Positions 49,062-62,210 of a DNA stretch of 64,000 bases are shown in pieces. The stretch comes from Utricularia gibba. Taxonomy: Eukaryota; Plantae; Magnoliophyta. The position numbers and the translations under genes are program-made. The stretch covers positions 124,001-188,000 of the forward strand of contig NEEC01000042.1 in NCBI GenBank assembly GCA_002189035.1. Direction: 5' to 3'. A model generated the notes under the pieces. The model made no database searches, was not told the origin of the DNA, and saw only the letters and a program-made list of their open reading frames with translations. How positions within the stretch are numbered: position 1 is the first letter of the stretch; each line of letters begins with the position of its first letter.

Positions 49062-49814
49062 TTAAATTACGGTATCACGTGCCCTGGTTATATTCATATT
49101 GTGCATTTTGGTGAGGAGAGCAGATTCACCATAAGTTTTCTCAACTTCATTACCATCTCTTAGTTCCAATCTCTTTTCTGTAGATTGCAACTCAATCATG
49201 ATCTCTCTAAATGTTGGCTCTGGTGTAACAGGATATTCAGGATACAGCTGATGGAGCTTTCCTTCAATAATGTCAAGGATTTTTCTTTCTGTCTCAAGTG
49301 CACATAACTTTGGCTCGAATCTTGCAGGTAGGCTCATGATTGCCTTGCTAATCACCTTTTGATCCTCAAGTTTTTCCCCAATCCTCGAATCTCCTTCACA
49401 AGCTTCGCAGTACGTTCATAATAGACTTGTATGGTTTCATTGTCTAACATTTTGTTCCTCTCAAAGTCCTCCAGCTTGTTTTTGCATAATATCTCTCTGA
49501 GTTTGGCATCGCCTTCATAATGGGATTTGAGAGTATCCCATATTTCTTTTGCTGATTGACACTCTGCAATATCATCAAATAGATGTTCAGAGATGGCTTG
49601 ATACAAGGCATCCATTGCTTCATCTTTTCTCTGTTGAAGATACTCAGCTTCCTTGCTGTTCTGATGTGGATTTGCTTGTTATTGTAATAGCCGGAATCTC
49701 CCTTTCAACAACATCCCAAATCTTTCTGACCCGAAGGTAGCTGCGCATCTTTTTGACCCAGCTTCCATACTCTGAACCATCAAATATTGGAGGTCCTCTA
49801 CCAGATGCCATCAT
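49062..49814 (-). pseudogene. gag: gag copy 3, two small deletions (-2 and -1) that split the ORF
   Basis: CAGCTTCCTTGCTG versus CAGCTTCCTCTTGCTG, and TTTTTCCCCAATC versus TTTTTCCCCCAATC; the track gives fragments 49062..49355 and 49352..49615. Confidence 0.75.
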
Positions 49815-50257
49815 AGCCACCGCTTGACAAGCTTTGGGTTGATACTTGGTAATCTACCAAGTAAAAAACGCTGAACGGTATATAAAATACTGAAACGAAC
49901 ACAGGTTTGAGAACCTTACTGCTCTGATACCATGTTGTTGCAAGAAAAATAGAGTCTTGGGAAGTAACAAAAAGGTAATGCTTATGAGATCACCTTGGAT
50001 GAAAAACGACTCATGAACAATAAGAATGACCGAAAACCTAATTGACATGCATTTCTAGTAGGGCTTATATATACCAAATACCTAGGTTACCCAACAGTGG
50101 GCCACAATCATTGAAAACACACAAAAAGCCCAACAACTCGAATCCAACACTTCCATGCTCGAACCCAACACCTTTTTTTATCTGAAATATGACATTATGA
50201 CACAAGTTTAGTTCTTCCAATCACCTTCAAGCTTTGGATTGAGGCTGATCTCCAACA
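49083..50257 (-). mobile_element. Truncated copia fragment, copy 3 (1175 bp)
   Basis: Same junctions; LTR 49933-50257, PBS 49921-49932; 1-bp deletion at 49376-49379 and 2-bp deletion near 49652. Confidence 0.96.
49921..50257 (-). repeat. PBS (49921-49932) and 5' LTR (49933-50257), copy 3
   Basis: GCTCTGATACCA followed by TGTTG..CAACA. Confidence 0.9.
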
Positions 50258-51649
50258 CTTGGTCCGAGCCCCTGATTCTTTATGGCTCATGAGGACAAAA
50301 GGATGCAAATCGATGAATACAATGATGCAATTGTTTAAATTACGATATCACGTGCACCCTACATGATTTTTTCAACAACTTACTTTATACTTGAGGAGGT
50401 GGTCTTGGGGGGCAAGAGGAACCGGACAAAGGTCAGCTTATGCTTGGGTCGAAAGTAAGTTGTAGCCTGACAAAGAAAGTGATCTATTTATTAACGTTCG
50501 GTTTTCGGGGCTACCTACATGGTTTTTCAAGGAACCGCTTCTCGTTTTGTGGCGGCCAGTCTCGCTGGGAACTTGGTCCTTTACCCCGATTCTGTATGGC
50601 TCATGAGGTCAACCGAATGCAAATCGATTAAAAAAAATGATGCATTTGTTTAAATTGCGATATGACGTGCACCCCACATGATTTTTTTCAACAACTTTCT
50701 TTATACTTGGGGAGGCGGTCTTGGGTGCACCTGGAACGGGACAAAGGTCAGCTTAGGCTTGGGCAGAAAGTAAGTTGTAGCCCGGCAAATAAAGTGATAA
50801 ATTTATATCGTTCGGTTTTCGGGGCTACCTACATGGTTTTTCAAGGAACCGCTTCTCGTTTTGTGGCGGCCAGTCTCGCTGGGAACTTGGTCTTTGACCC
50901 CGATTCTGTATGGCTCATGAGGTCAACCGGATGCAAATCGATTAAAAAAAATGATGCATTTGTTTAAATTGCGATATGACGTGCACCCCACATGATTTTT
51001 TTCAACAACTTACTTTATACTTGAGGAGGCGGTCTTGGGGTGCACCTGGAACGGGACAAAGGTCAGCTTAGGCTTGGGCAGAAAGTAAGTTGTAGCCCGG
51101 CAAAGAAAGTGATGTATTTATTATCGTTCGGTTTTTGGGGCTGCCTACATGGTTTTCCAAGGAACATCTTCTCGTTTTGTGGCAGCCAGTCTCGCTGGGA
51201 GCTTTGTCCTGGACCCGATTCTGTATGGCTCATGGGGTCAAAAGGATGCAAATCGATGAATACAATGATGCATTTGTTTAAATTACGATATCACGTGCAC
51301 CCTACATGATTTTTTCAACAACTTACTTTATACATGGGGAGGCGGTCTTGGGGGGTACCTGGAACCGGAAAATGGTCAGCTTAGGCTTGGGCCGATAGTA
51401 AGTTGTAGCCCGGCAAAGAAAGTGATGTATTTATTATCGTTCGGTTTTTGGGGGCTGCCTACATGGTTTTTCAAGGAAAATCTTCTCGTTTTGTGGTGGC
51501 TAGTCTCGCAGGGAACTTGTCCTGACCCCGATTCTGTATGGCTCATGGGGTCAACCGGATGCAAATCGAAGAAAAAAAATGATGCATTTGTTTAAATTAC
51601 GATATCACGTGCACCCTACATGATTTTTTTCGACAACTTACTTTATACA

Positions 51650-53213
51650 TGGGGAGGCGGTCTTGGGGGTACCTGGAACTGGAAAATGGTCAGCGTAGGC
51701 TTGGGCCGATAGTAAGTTGTAGCCCGACAAATAAAGTAATGTATTTATTATCGTTCGGTTTTCGGAAGCTGCCTAAATGCTTTTTGAAAGAACATCTTCT
51801 CGTTTTATGGCGGCCAGTCTCGCTGGGAACTTGGTCCTTGACCCTTCTGTATGGCTCATGGGGTCAACCGGATGCAAATCGATGAAAAAAAATGATGCAT
51901 TTGTTTAAATTGCGATATCACGTGCACCCCACATGATTTTTTCAACAACTTACTTTATACTTGAGGAGGCGATCTTAGGGTGCACCTCGAACAGGACAAA
52001 GGTAAGGTTTGGCTTGCGCCGAGAGTTAGTTGTAGCCCGACAAATAAAGTGATGTATTTATTATCGTTCGGTTTTCGGGGCTGCCTACATGGTTTTTCAA
52101 GGAACCGCTTCTCGTTTTGTGGGCCAGTCTCGCTGGGAACTTGGTCCTTGACCCCGATTCTGTATTGCTCATGAGGTCAACCGGATGCAAATCAATTAAA
52201 AAAAATGATGCATTTGTTTAAATTACGATGTCACGTGCACCCCACATGATTTTTTTAACAACATACTTTATACATGAGGAGGCAGTCTTTGAGTGCATTT
52301 GGAACGGGACAAAGGTAAGGTTTTGCGTGCACCGAAAGTAAGTTGTAGCCCGGCAAAGAAAGTGATGTATTTATTAACGTTCGGTTTTCAGGGTTGCCTA
52401 CATGGTTTTCCAAGGAAAAGCTTTTCGTTTTGTGGCGGCCGCTCTCGCTGGGCACTTGGTCCGGGCCCCTGATTCTTTATGGCTCATGAGGACAAAATGA
52501 TGCAAATCGATGAAAATAATGATGCATTTGTTTAAATTACGATGTCGCGTGCACCCCAAATGATTTTTTTAACAACATACTTTATACATGAGGAGGCGGT
52601 CTTGGGGGGCACTTGGAACCGGAAAAAGATCAGCTTAGGCTTGGGCCGAAAGTAAGTTGTAGCCCGGCAAAGAAAGTGATGTATTTATTATCGTTCGGTT
52701 TTTGGGGTTGCCTACATGGTTTTTCAAGGAACATCTTCTCGTTTTGTGGCTAGTTTCGCTGGGAACTTGGTCCTTGACCCCGATTCTGTATGGCTCATGG
52801 GGTCAACCGGATGCAAATCGAAGAAAAAAAATGATGCATTTGTTTAAATTACGATATCACGTGCACCCTACATGATTTTTTCGACAACTTACTTTATACA
52901 TGGGGAGGCGGTCTTGGGGGTACCTGGAACCGGAAAATGGTCAGCTTAGGCTTGGGCCGATAGTAAGTTGTAGCCCGGCAAAGAAAGGGATGTATTTATT
53001 ATCGTTCGGTTTTGGGGGCTGCCTACATGGTTTTTCAAGGAAAATCTTCTCGTTTTGTGGTGGCTAGTCTCGCAGGGAACTTGTCCTCGACCCCGATTCT
53101 GTATGGCTCATGGGGTCAACCGGATGCAAATCGAAGAAAAAAAATGATGCATTTGTTTAAATTACGATATCACGTGCACCCTACATGATTTTTTCGACAA
53201 CTTACTTTATACA
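51650..53213. repeat. Element-free 5-mer HOR (C, D2, H/A, B, B'), ~1.57 kb
   Basis: Type-C starts at 51650 and 53214; identical track ORFs at 52255 and 53825 (1570 bp apart). Confidence 0.85.
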
Positions 53214-54713
53214 TGGGGAGGCGGTCTTGGGGGGTACCTGGAACTGGAAAATGGTCAGCGTAGGCTTGGGCCGATAGTAAGTTGTAGCCCGACAAATAAA
53301 GTAATGTATTTATTATCGTTCGGTTTTCGGAAGCTGCCTAAATGCTTTTTGAAAGAACATCTTCTCGTTTTATGGCGGCCAGTCTCGCTGGGAACTTGGT
53401 CCTTGACCCTGGTTCTGTATGGCTCATGGGTCAACCGGATGCAAATCGATGAAAAAAAATGATGCATTTGTTTAAATTGCGATATCACGTGCACCCCACA
53501 TGATTTTTTCAACAACTTACTTTATACTTGAGGAGGCGATCTTAGGGTGCACCTCGAACAGGACAAAGGTAAGGTTTGGCTTGCGCCGAGAGTTAGTTGT
53601 AGCCCGACAAATAAAGTGATGTATTTATTATCGTTCGGTTTTCGGGGGCTGCCTACATGGTTTTTCAAGGAACCGCTTCTCGTTTTGTGGTGGCCAGTCT
53701 CGCTGGGAACTTGGTCCTTGACCCCGATTCTGTATTGCTCATGAGGTCAACCGGATGCAAATCAATTAAAAAAAATGATGCATTTGTTTAAATTACGATG
53801 TCACGTGCACCCCACATGATTTTTTTAACAACATACTTTATACATGAGGAGGCAGTCTTTGAGTGCATTTGGAACGGGACAAAGGTAAGGTTTTGCGTGC
53901 ACCGAAAGTAAGTTGTAGCCCGGCAAAGAAAGTGATGTATTTATTAACGTTCGGTTTTCAGGGTTGCCTACATGGTTTTCCAAGGAAAAGCTTTTCGTTT
54001 TGTGGCGGCCGCTCTCGCTGGGCACTTGGTCCGGGCCCCTGATTCTTTATGGCTCATGAGGACAAAATGATGCAAATCGATGAAAATAATGATGCATTTG
54101 TTTAAATTACGATGTCGCGTGCACCCCAAATGATTTTTTTAACAACATACTTTATACATGAGGAGGCGGTCTTGGGGGCACTTGGAACCGGAAAAAGATC
54201 AGCTTAGGCTTGGGCCGAAAGTAAGTTGTAGCCCGGCAAAGAAAGTGATGTATTTATTATCGTTCGGTTTTTGGGGTTGCCTACATGGTTTTTCAAGGAA
54301 CATCTTCTCGTTTTGTGGTGGCTAGTTTCGCTGGGAACTTGGTCCTTGACCCCGATTCTGTATGGCTCATGGGGTCAACCGGATGCAAATCGAAGAAAAA
54401 AATGATGCATTTGTTTAAATTACGATATCACGTGCACCCTACATGATTTTTTCGACAACTTACTTTATACATGGGGAGGCGGTCTTGGGGGGTACCTGGA
54501 ACCGGAAAATGGTCAGCTTAGGCTTGGGCCGATAGTAAGTTGTAGCCCGGCAAAGAAAGTGATGTATTTATTATCGTTCGGTTTACGGGGCTTCCTAAAT
54601 GCTTTTTGAAAGAACATCTTCTCGTTTTATGGCGGCCAGTCTCGCTGGGAACTTGGTCCTTGACCCTGGTTCTGTATGGCTCATGGGGTGATGAAAAAAA
54701 ATGATGCATTTGT

Positions 54714-55469
54714 TTAAATTACGGTATCACGTGCCCTGGTTATATTCATATTGTGCATTTTGGTGAGGAGAGCAGATTCACCATAAGTTTTCTCAACTTC
54801 ATTACCATCTCTTAGTTCCAATCTCTTTTCTGTAGATTGCAACTCAATCATGATCTCTCTAAATGTTGGCTCTGGTGTAACAGGATATTCAGGATACAGC
54901 TGATGGAGCTTTCCTTCAATAATGTCAAGGATTTTTCTTTCTGTCTCAAGTGCACATAACTTTGGCTCGAATCTTGCAGGTAGGCTCATGATTGCCTTGC
55001 TAATCACCTTTTGATCCTCAAGTTTTTCCCCCAATCCTCGAATCTCCTTCACAAGCTTCGCAGTACGTTCATAATAGACTTGTATGGTTTCATTGTCTAA
55101 CATTTTGTTCCTCTCAAAGTCCTCCAGCTTGTTTTTGCATAATATCTCTCTGAGTTTGGCATCGCCTTCATAATGGGATTTGAGAGTATCCCATATTTCT
55201 TTTGCTGATTGACACTCTGCAATATCATCAAATAGATGTTCAGAGATGGCTTGATACAAGGCATCCATTGCTTCATCTTTTCTCTGTTGAAGATACTCAG
55301 CTTCCTCTTGCTGTTCTGATGTGGATTTGCTTGTTATTGTAATAGCCGGAATCTCCCTTTCAACAACATCCCAAATCTTTCTGACCCGAAGGTAGCTGCG
55401 CATCTTTTTGACCCAGCTTCCATACTCTGAACCATCAAATATTGGAGGTCCTCTACCAGATGCCATCAT
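54714..55469 (-). CDS. gag: Truncated copia Gag, open frame (F208I relative to copy 1)
   Basis: Track ORF 54714..55475; protein identical to copy 1 except REFM to REIM; first ATG at 55469. Confidence 0.88.
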   Translation of the reverse strand: MMASGRGPPIFDGSEYGSWVKKMRSYLRVRKIWDVVEREIPAITITSKSTSEQQEEAEYLQQRKDEAMDALYQAISEHLFDDIAECQSAKEIWDTLKSHYEGDAKLREILCKNKLEDFERNKMLDNETIQVYYERTAKLVKEIRGLGEKLEDQKVISKAIMSLPARFEPKLCALETERKILDIIEGKLHQLYPEYPVTPEPTFREIMIELQSTEKRLELRDGNEVEKTYGESALLTKMHNMNITRARDTVI

Positions 55470-55912
55470 AGCCACCGCTTGACAAGCTTTGGGTTGATAC
55501 TTGGTAATCTACCAAGTAAAAAACGCTGAACGGTATATAAAATACTGAAACGAACACAGGTTTGAGAACCTTACTGCTCTGATACCATGTTGTTGCAAGA
55601 AAAATAGAGTCTTGGGAAGTAACAAAAAGGTAATGCTTATGAGATCACCTTGGATGAAAAACGACTCATGAACAATAAGAATGACCGAAAACCTAATTGA
55701 CATGCATTTCTAGTAGGGCTTATATATACCAAATACCTAGGTTACCCAACAGTGGGCCACAATCATTGAAAACACACAAAAAGCCCAACAACTCGAATCC
55801 AACACTTCCATGCTCGAACCCAACACCTTTTTTTATCTGAAATATGACATTATGACACAAGTTTAGTTCTTCCAATCACCTTCAAGCTTTGGATTGAGGC
55901 TGATCTCCAACA
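54735..55912 (-). mobile_element. Truncated copia fragment, copy 4 (1178 bp); LTR 55588-55912, PBS 55576-55587
   Basis: Same junctions, LTR ends and PBS as copy 1. Confidence 0.96.
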
Positions 55913-57862
55913 CTTGGTCCGAGCCCCTGATTCTTTATGGCTCATGAGGACAAAAGGATGCAAATCGATGAATACAATGATGCAATTGTTTAAATTACGA
56001 TATCACGTGCACCCTACATGATTTTTTCAACAACTTACTTTATACTTGAGGAGGTGGTCTTGGGGGGCAAGAGGAACCGGACAAAGGTCAGCTTATGCTT
56101 GGGTCGAAAGTAAGTTGTAGCCTGACAAAGAAAGTGATCTATTTATTAACGTTCGGTTTTCGGGGCTACCTACATGGTTTTTCAAGGAACCGCTTCTCGT
56201 TTTGTGGCGGCCAGTCTCGCTGGGAACTTGGTCCTTTACCCCGATTCTGTATGGCTCATGGGGTCAACCGGATGCAAATCGAAGAAAAAAAATGATGCAT
56301 TTGTTAAATTACGATATCACGTGCACCCTACATGATTTTTTCGACAACTTACTTTATACATGGGGAGGCGGTCTTGGGGGTACCTGGAACTGGAAAATGG
56401 TCAGCGTAGGCTTGGGCCGATAGTAAGTTGTAGCCCGACAAATAAAGTAATGTATTTATTATCGTTCGGTTTTCGGAAGCTGCCTAAATGCTTTTTGAAA
56501 GAACATCTTCTCGTTTTATGGCGGCCAGTCTCGCTGGGAACTTGGTCCTTGACCCTGGTTCTGTATGGCTCATGGGGTCAACCGGATGCAAATCGATGAA
56601 AAAAAATGATGCATTTGTTTAAATTGCGATATCACGTGCACCCCACATGATTTTTTCAACAACTTACTTTATACTTGAGGAGGCGATCTTAGGGTGCACC
56701 TCGAACAGGACAAAGGTAAGGTTTGGCTTGCGCCGAGAGTTAGTTGTAGCCCGACAAATAAAGTGATGTATTTATTATCGTTCGGTTTTCGGGGGCTGCC
56801 TACATGGTTTTTCAAGGAACCGCTTCTCGTTTTGTGGTGGCCAGTCTCGCTGGAAACTTGGTCCTTGACCCCGATTCTGTATTGCTCATGAGGTCAACCG
56901 GATGCAAATCAATTAAAAAAAATGATGCATTTGTTTAAATTACGATGTCACGTGCACCCCACATGATTTTTTTAACAACATACTTTATACATGAGGAGGC
57001 AGTCTTTGAGTGCATTTGGAACGGGACAAAGGTAAGGTTTTGCGTGCACCGAAAGTAAGTTGTAGCCCGGCAAAGAAAGTGATGTATTTATTAACGTTCG
57101 GTTTTCAGGGTTGCCTACATGGTTTTCCAAGGAAAAGCTTTTCGTTTTGTGGCGGCCGCTCTCGCTGGGCACTTGGTCCGGGCCCCTGATTCTTTATGGC
57201 TCATGAGGACAAAATGATGCAAATCGATGAAAATAATGATGCATTTGTTTAAATTACGATGTCGCGTGCACCCCAAATGATTTTTTTAACAACATACTTT
57301 ATACATGAGGAGGCGGTCTTGGGGGCACTTGGAACCGGAAAAAGATCAGCTTAGGCTTGGGCCGAAAGTAAGTTGTAGCCCGGCAAAGAAAGTGATGTAT
57401 TTATTATCGTTCGGTTTTTGGGGTTGCCTACATGGTTTTTCAAGGAACATCTTCTCGTTTTGTGGTGGCTAGTTTCGCTGGGAACTTGGTCCTTGACCCC
57501 GATTCTGTATGGCTCATGGGGTCAACCGGATGCAAATCGAAGAAAAAAAATGATGCATTTGTTTAAATTACGATATCACGTGCACCCTACATGATTTTTT
57601 CGACAACTTACTTTATACATGGGGAGGCGGTCTTGGGGGGTACCTGGAACCGGAAAATGGTCAGCTTAGGCTTGGGCCGATAGTAAGTTGTAGCCCGGCA
57701 AAGAAAGTGATGTATTTATTATCGTTCGGTTTACGGGGGCTTCCTAAATGCTTTTTGAAAGAACATCTTCTCGTTCTATGGCGGCCAGTCTCGCTGGGAA
57801 CTTGGTCCTTGACCCTGGTTCTGTATGGCTCATGGGGTGATGAAAAAAAATGATGCATTTGT

Positions 57863-58618
57863 TTAAATTACGGTATCACGTGCCCTGGTTATATTCATAT
57901 TGTGCATTTTGGTGAGGAGAGCAGATTCACCATAAGTTTTCTCAACTTCATTACCATCTCTTAGTTCCAATCTCTTTTCTGTAGATTGCAACTCAATCAT
58001 GATCTCTCTAAATGTTGGCTCTGGTGTAACAGGATATTCAGGATACAGCTGATGGAGCTTTCCTTCAATAATGTCAAGGATTTTTCTTTCTGTCTCAAGT
58101 GCACATAACTTTGGCTCGAATCTTGCAGGTAGGCTCATGATTGCCTTGCTAATCACCTTTTGATCCTCAAGTTTTTCCCCCAATCCTCGAATCTCCTTCA
58201 CAAGCTTCGCAGTACGTTCATAATAGACTTGTATGGTTTCATTGTCTAACATTTTGTTCCTCTCAAAGTCCTCCAGCTTGTTTTTGCATAATATCTCTCT
58301 GAGTTTGGCATCGCCTTCATAATGGGATTTGAGAGTATCCCATATTTCTTTTGCTGATTGACACTCTGCAATATCATCAAATAGATGTTCAGAGATGGCT
58401 TGATACAAGGCATCCATTGCTTCATCTTTTCTCTGTTGAAGATACTCAGCTTCCTCTTGCTGTTCTGATGTGGATTTGCTTGTTATTGTAATAGCCGGAA
58501 TCTCCCTTTCAACAACATCCCAAATCTTTCTGACCCGAAGGTAGCTGCGCATCTTTTTGACCCAGCTTCCATACTCTGAACCATCAAATATTGGAGGTCC
58601 TCTACCAGATGCCATCAT
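57863..58618 (-). CDS. gag: Truncated copia Gag, open frame
   Basis: Track ORF 57863..58624, protein identical to copy 4. Confidence 0.88.
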   Translation of the reverse strand: MMASGRGPPIFDGSEYGSWVKKMRSYLRVRKIWDVVEREIPAITITSKSTSEQQEEAEYLQQRKDEAMDALYQAISEHLFDDIAECQSAKEIWDTLKSHYEGDAKLREILCKNKLEDFERNKMLDNETIQVYYERTAKLVKEIRGLGEKLEDQKVISKAIMSLPARFEPKLCALETERKILDIIEGKLHQLYPEYPVTPEPTFREIMIELQSTEKRLELRDGNEVEKTYGESALLTKMHNMNITRARDTVI

Positions 58619-59061
58619 AGCCACCGCTTGACAAGCTTTGGGTTGATACTTGGTAATCTACCAAGTAAAAAACGCTGAACGGTATATAAAATACTGAAAC
58701 GAACACAGGTTTGAGAACCTTACTGCTCTGATACCATGTTGTTGCAAGAAAAATAGAGTCTTGGGAAGTAACAAAAAGGTAATGCTTATGAGATCACCTT
58801 GGATGAAAAACGACTCATGAACAATAAGAATGACCGAAAACCTAATTGACATGCATTTCTAGTAGGGCTTATATATACCAAATACCTAGGTTACCCAACA
58901 GTGGGCCACAATCATTGAAAACACACAAAAAGCCCAACAACTCGAATCCAACACTTCCATGCTCGAACCCAACACCTTTTTTTATCTGAAATATGACATT
59001 ATGACACAAGTTTAGTTCTTCCAATCACCTTCAAGCTTTGGATTGAGGCTGATCTCCAACA
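57884..59061 (-). mobile_element. Truncated copia fragment, copy 5 (1178 bp); LTR 58737-59061, PBS 58725-58736
   Basis: Same junctions, LTR ends and PBS. Confidence 0.96.
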
Positions 59062-61011
59062 CTTGGTCCGAGCCCCTGATTCTTTATGGCTCATGAGGAC
59101 AAAAGGATGCAAATCGATGAATACAATGATGCAATTGTTTAAATTACGATATCACGTGCACCCTACATGATTTTTTCAACAACTTACTTTATACTTGAGG
59201 AGGTGGTCTTGGGGGGCAAGAGGAACCGGACAAAGGTCAGCTTATGCTTGGGTCGAAAGTAAGTTGTAGCCTGACAAAGAAAGTGATCTATTTATTAACG
59301 TTCGGTTTTCGGGGCTACCTACATGGTTTTTCAAGGAACCGCTTCTCGTTTTGTGGCGGCCAGTCTCGCTGGGAACTTGGTCCTTTACCCCGATTCTGTA
59401 TGGCTCATGGGGTCAACCGGATGCAAATCGAAGAAAAAAAATGATGCATTTGTTTAAATTACGATATCACGTGCACCCTACATGATTTTTTCGACAACTT
59501 ACTTTATACATGGGGAGGCGGTCTTGGGGGGTACCTGGAACTGGAAAATGGTCAGCGTAGGCTTGGGCCGATAGTAAGTTGTAGCCCGACAAATAAAGTA
59601 ATGTATTTATTATCGTTCGGTTTTCGGAAGCTGCCTAAATGCTTTTTGAAAGAACCTTCTCGTTTTATGGCGGCCAGTCTCGCTGGGAACTTGGTCCTTG
59701 ACCCTGGTTCTGTATGGCTCATGGGGTCAACCGGATGCAAATCGATGAAAAAAAATGATGCATTTGTTTAAATTGCGATATCACGTGCACCCCACATGAT
59801 TTTTTCAACAACTTACTTTATACTTGAGGAGGCGATCTTAGGGTGCACCTCGAACAGGACAAAGGTAAGGTTTGGCTTGCGCCGAGAGTTAGTTGTAGCC
59901 CGACAAATAAAGTGATGTATTTATTATCGTTCGGTTTTCGGGGGCTGCCTACATGGTTTTTCAAGGAACCGCTTCTCGTTTTGTGGTGGCCAGTCTCGCT
60001 GGGAACTTGGTCCTTGACCCCGATTCTGTATTGCTCATGAGGTCAACCGGATGCAAATCAATTAAAAAAAATGATGCATTTGTTTAAATTACGATGTCAC
60101 GTGCACCCCACATGATTTTTTTAACAACATACTTTATACATGAGGAGGCAGTCTTTGAGTGCATTTGGAACGGGACAAAGGTAAGGTTTTGCGTGCACCG
60201 AAAGTAAGTTGTAGCCCGGCAAAGAAAGTGATGTATTTATTAACGTTCGGTTTTCAGGGTTGCCTACATGGTTTTCCAAGGAAAAGCTTTTCGTTTTGTG
60301 GCGGCCGCTCTCGCTGGGCACTTGGTCCGGGCCCCTGATTCTTTATGGCTCATGAGGACAAAATGATGCAAATCGATGAAAATAATGATGCATTTGTTTA
60401 AATTACGATGTCGCGTGCACCCCAAATGATTTTTTTAACAACATACTTTATACATGAGGAGGCGGTCTTGGGGGGCACTTGGAACCGAAAAAGATCAGCT
60501 TAGGCTTGGGCCGAAAGTAAGTTGTAGCCCGGCAAAGAAAGTGATGTATTTATTATCGTTCGGTTTTTGGGGTTGCCTACATGGTTTTTCAAGGAACATC
60601 TTCTCGTTTTGTGGTGGCTAGTTTCGCTGGGAACTTGGTCCTTGACCCCGATTCTGTATGGCTCATGGGGTCAACCGGATGCAAATCGAAGAAAAAAAAA
60701 TGATGCATTTGTTTAAATTACGATATCACGTGCACCCTACATGATTTTTTCGACAACTTACTTTATACATGGGGAGGCGGTCTTGGGGGGTACCTGGAAC
60801 CGGAAAATGGTCAGCTTAGGCTTGGGCCGATAGTAAGTTGTAGCCCGGCAAAGAAAGTGATGTATTTATTATCGTTCGGTTTACGGGGGCTTCCTAAATG
60901 CTTTTTGAAAGAACATCTTCTCGTTCTATGGCGGCCAGTCTCGCTGGGAACTTGGTCCTTGACCCTGGTTCTGTATGGCTCATGGGGTGATGAAAAAAAT
61001 GATGCATTTGT

Positions 61012-61767
61012 TTAAATTACGGTATCACGTGCCCTGGTTATATTCATATTGTGCATTTTGGTGAGGAGAGCAGATTCACCATAAGTTTTCTCAACTTCAT
61101 TACCATCTCTTAGTTCCAATCTCTTTTCTGTAGATTGCAACTCAATCATGATCTCTCTAAATGTTGGCTCTGGTGTAACAGGATATTCAGGATACAGCTG
61201 ATGGAGCTTTCCTTCAATAATGTCAAGGATTTTTCTTTCTGTCTCAAGTGCACATAACTTTGGCTCGAATCTTGCAGGTAGGCTCATGATTGCCTTGCTA
61301 ATCACCTTTTGATCCTCAAGTTTTTCCCCCAATCCTCGAATCTCCTTCACAAGCTTCGCAGTACGTTCATAATAGACTTGTATGGTTTCATTGTCTAACA
61401 TTTTGTTCCTCTCAAAGTCCTCCAGCTTGTTTTTGCATAATATCTCTCTGAGTTTGGCATCGCCTTCATAATGGGATTTGAGAGTATCCCATATTTCTTT
61501 TGCTGATTGACACTCTGCAATATCATCAAATAGATGTTCAGAGATGGCTTGATACAAGGCATCCATTGCTTCATCTTTTCTCTGTTGAAGATACTCAGCT
61601 TCCTCTTGCTGTTCTGATGTGGATTTGCTTGTTATTGTAATAGCCGGAATCTCCCTTTCAACAACATCCCAAATCTTTCTGACCCGAAGGTAGCTGCGCA
61701 TCTTTTTGACCCAGCTTCCATACTCTGAACCATCAAATATTGGAGGTCCTCTACCAGATGCCATCAT
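61012..61767 (-). CDS. gag: Truncated copia Gag, open frame
   Basis: Track ORF 61012..61773, protein identical to copies 4 and 5. Confidence 0.88.
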   Translation of the reverse strand: MMASGRGPPIFDGSEYGSWVKKMRSYLRVRKIWDVVEREIPAITITSKSTSEQQEEAEYLQQRKDEAMDALYQAISEHLFDDIAECQSAKEIWDTLKSHYEGDAKLREILCKNKLEDFERNKMLDNETIQVYYERTAKLVKEIRGLGEKLEDQKVISKAIMSLPARFEPKLCALETERKILDIIEGKLHQLYPEYPVTPEPTFREIMIELQSTEKRLELRDGNEVEKTYGESALLTKMHNMNITRARDTVI

Positions 61768-62210
61768 AGCCACCGCTTGACAAGCTTTGGGTTGATACTT
61801 GGTAATCTACCAAGTAAAAAACGCTGAACGGTATATAAAATACTGAAACGAACACAGGTTTGAGAACCTTACTGCTCTGATACCATGTTGTTGCAAGAAA
61901 AATAGAGTCTTGGGAAGTAACAAAAAGGTAATGCTTATGAGATCACCTTGGATGAAAAACGACTCATGAACAATAAGAATGACCGAAAACCTAATTGACA
62001 TGCATTTCTAGTAGGGCTTATATATACCAAATACCTAGGTTACCCAACAGTGGGCCACAATCATTGAAAACACACAAAAAGCCCAACAACTCGAATCCAA
62101 CACTTCCATGCTCGAACCCAACACCTTTTTTTATCTGAAATATGACATTATGACACAAGTTTAGTTCTTCCAATCACCTTCAAGCTTTGGATTGAGGCTG
62201 ATCTCCAACA
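61033..62210 (-). mobile_element. Truncated copia fragment, copy 6 (1178 bp); LTR 61886-62210, PBS 61874-61885
   Basis: Same junctions, LTR ends and PBS. Confidence 0.96.

Noticed and set aside
49549-49740. Plus-strand 63-aa ORF antisense to gag copy 3
   Set aside because: It appears only in the copy with the 2-bp deletion and has a non-ATG start, so it is a by-product of the lesion.
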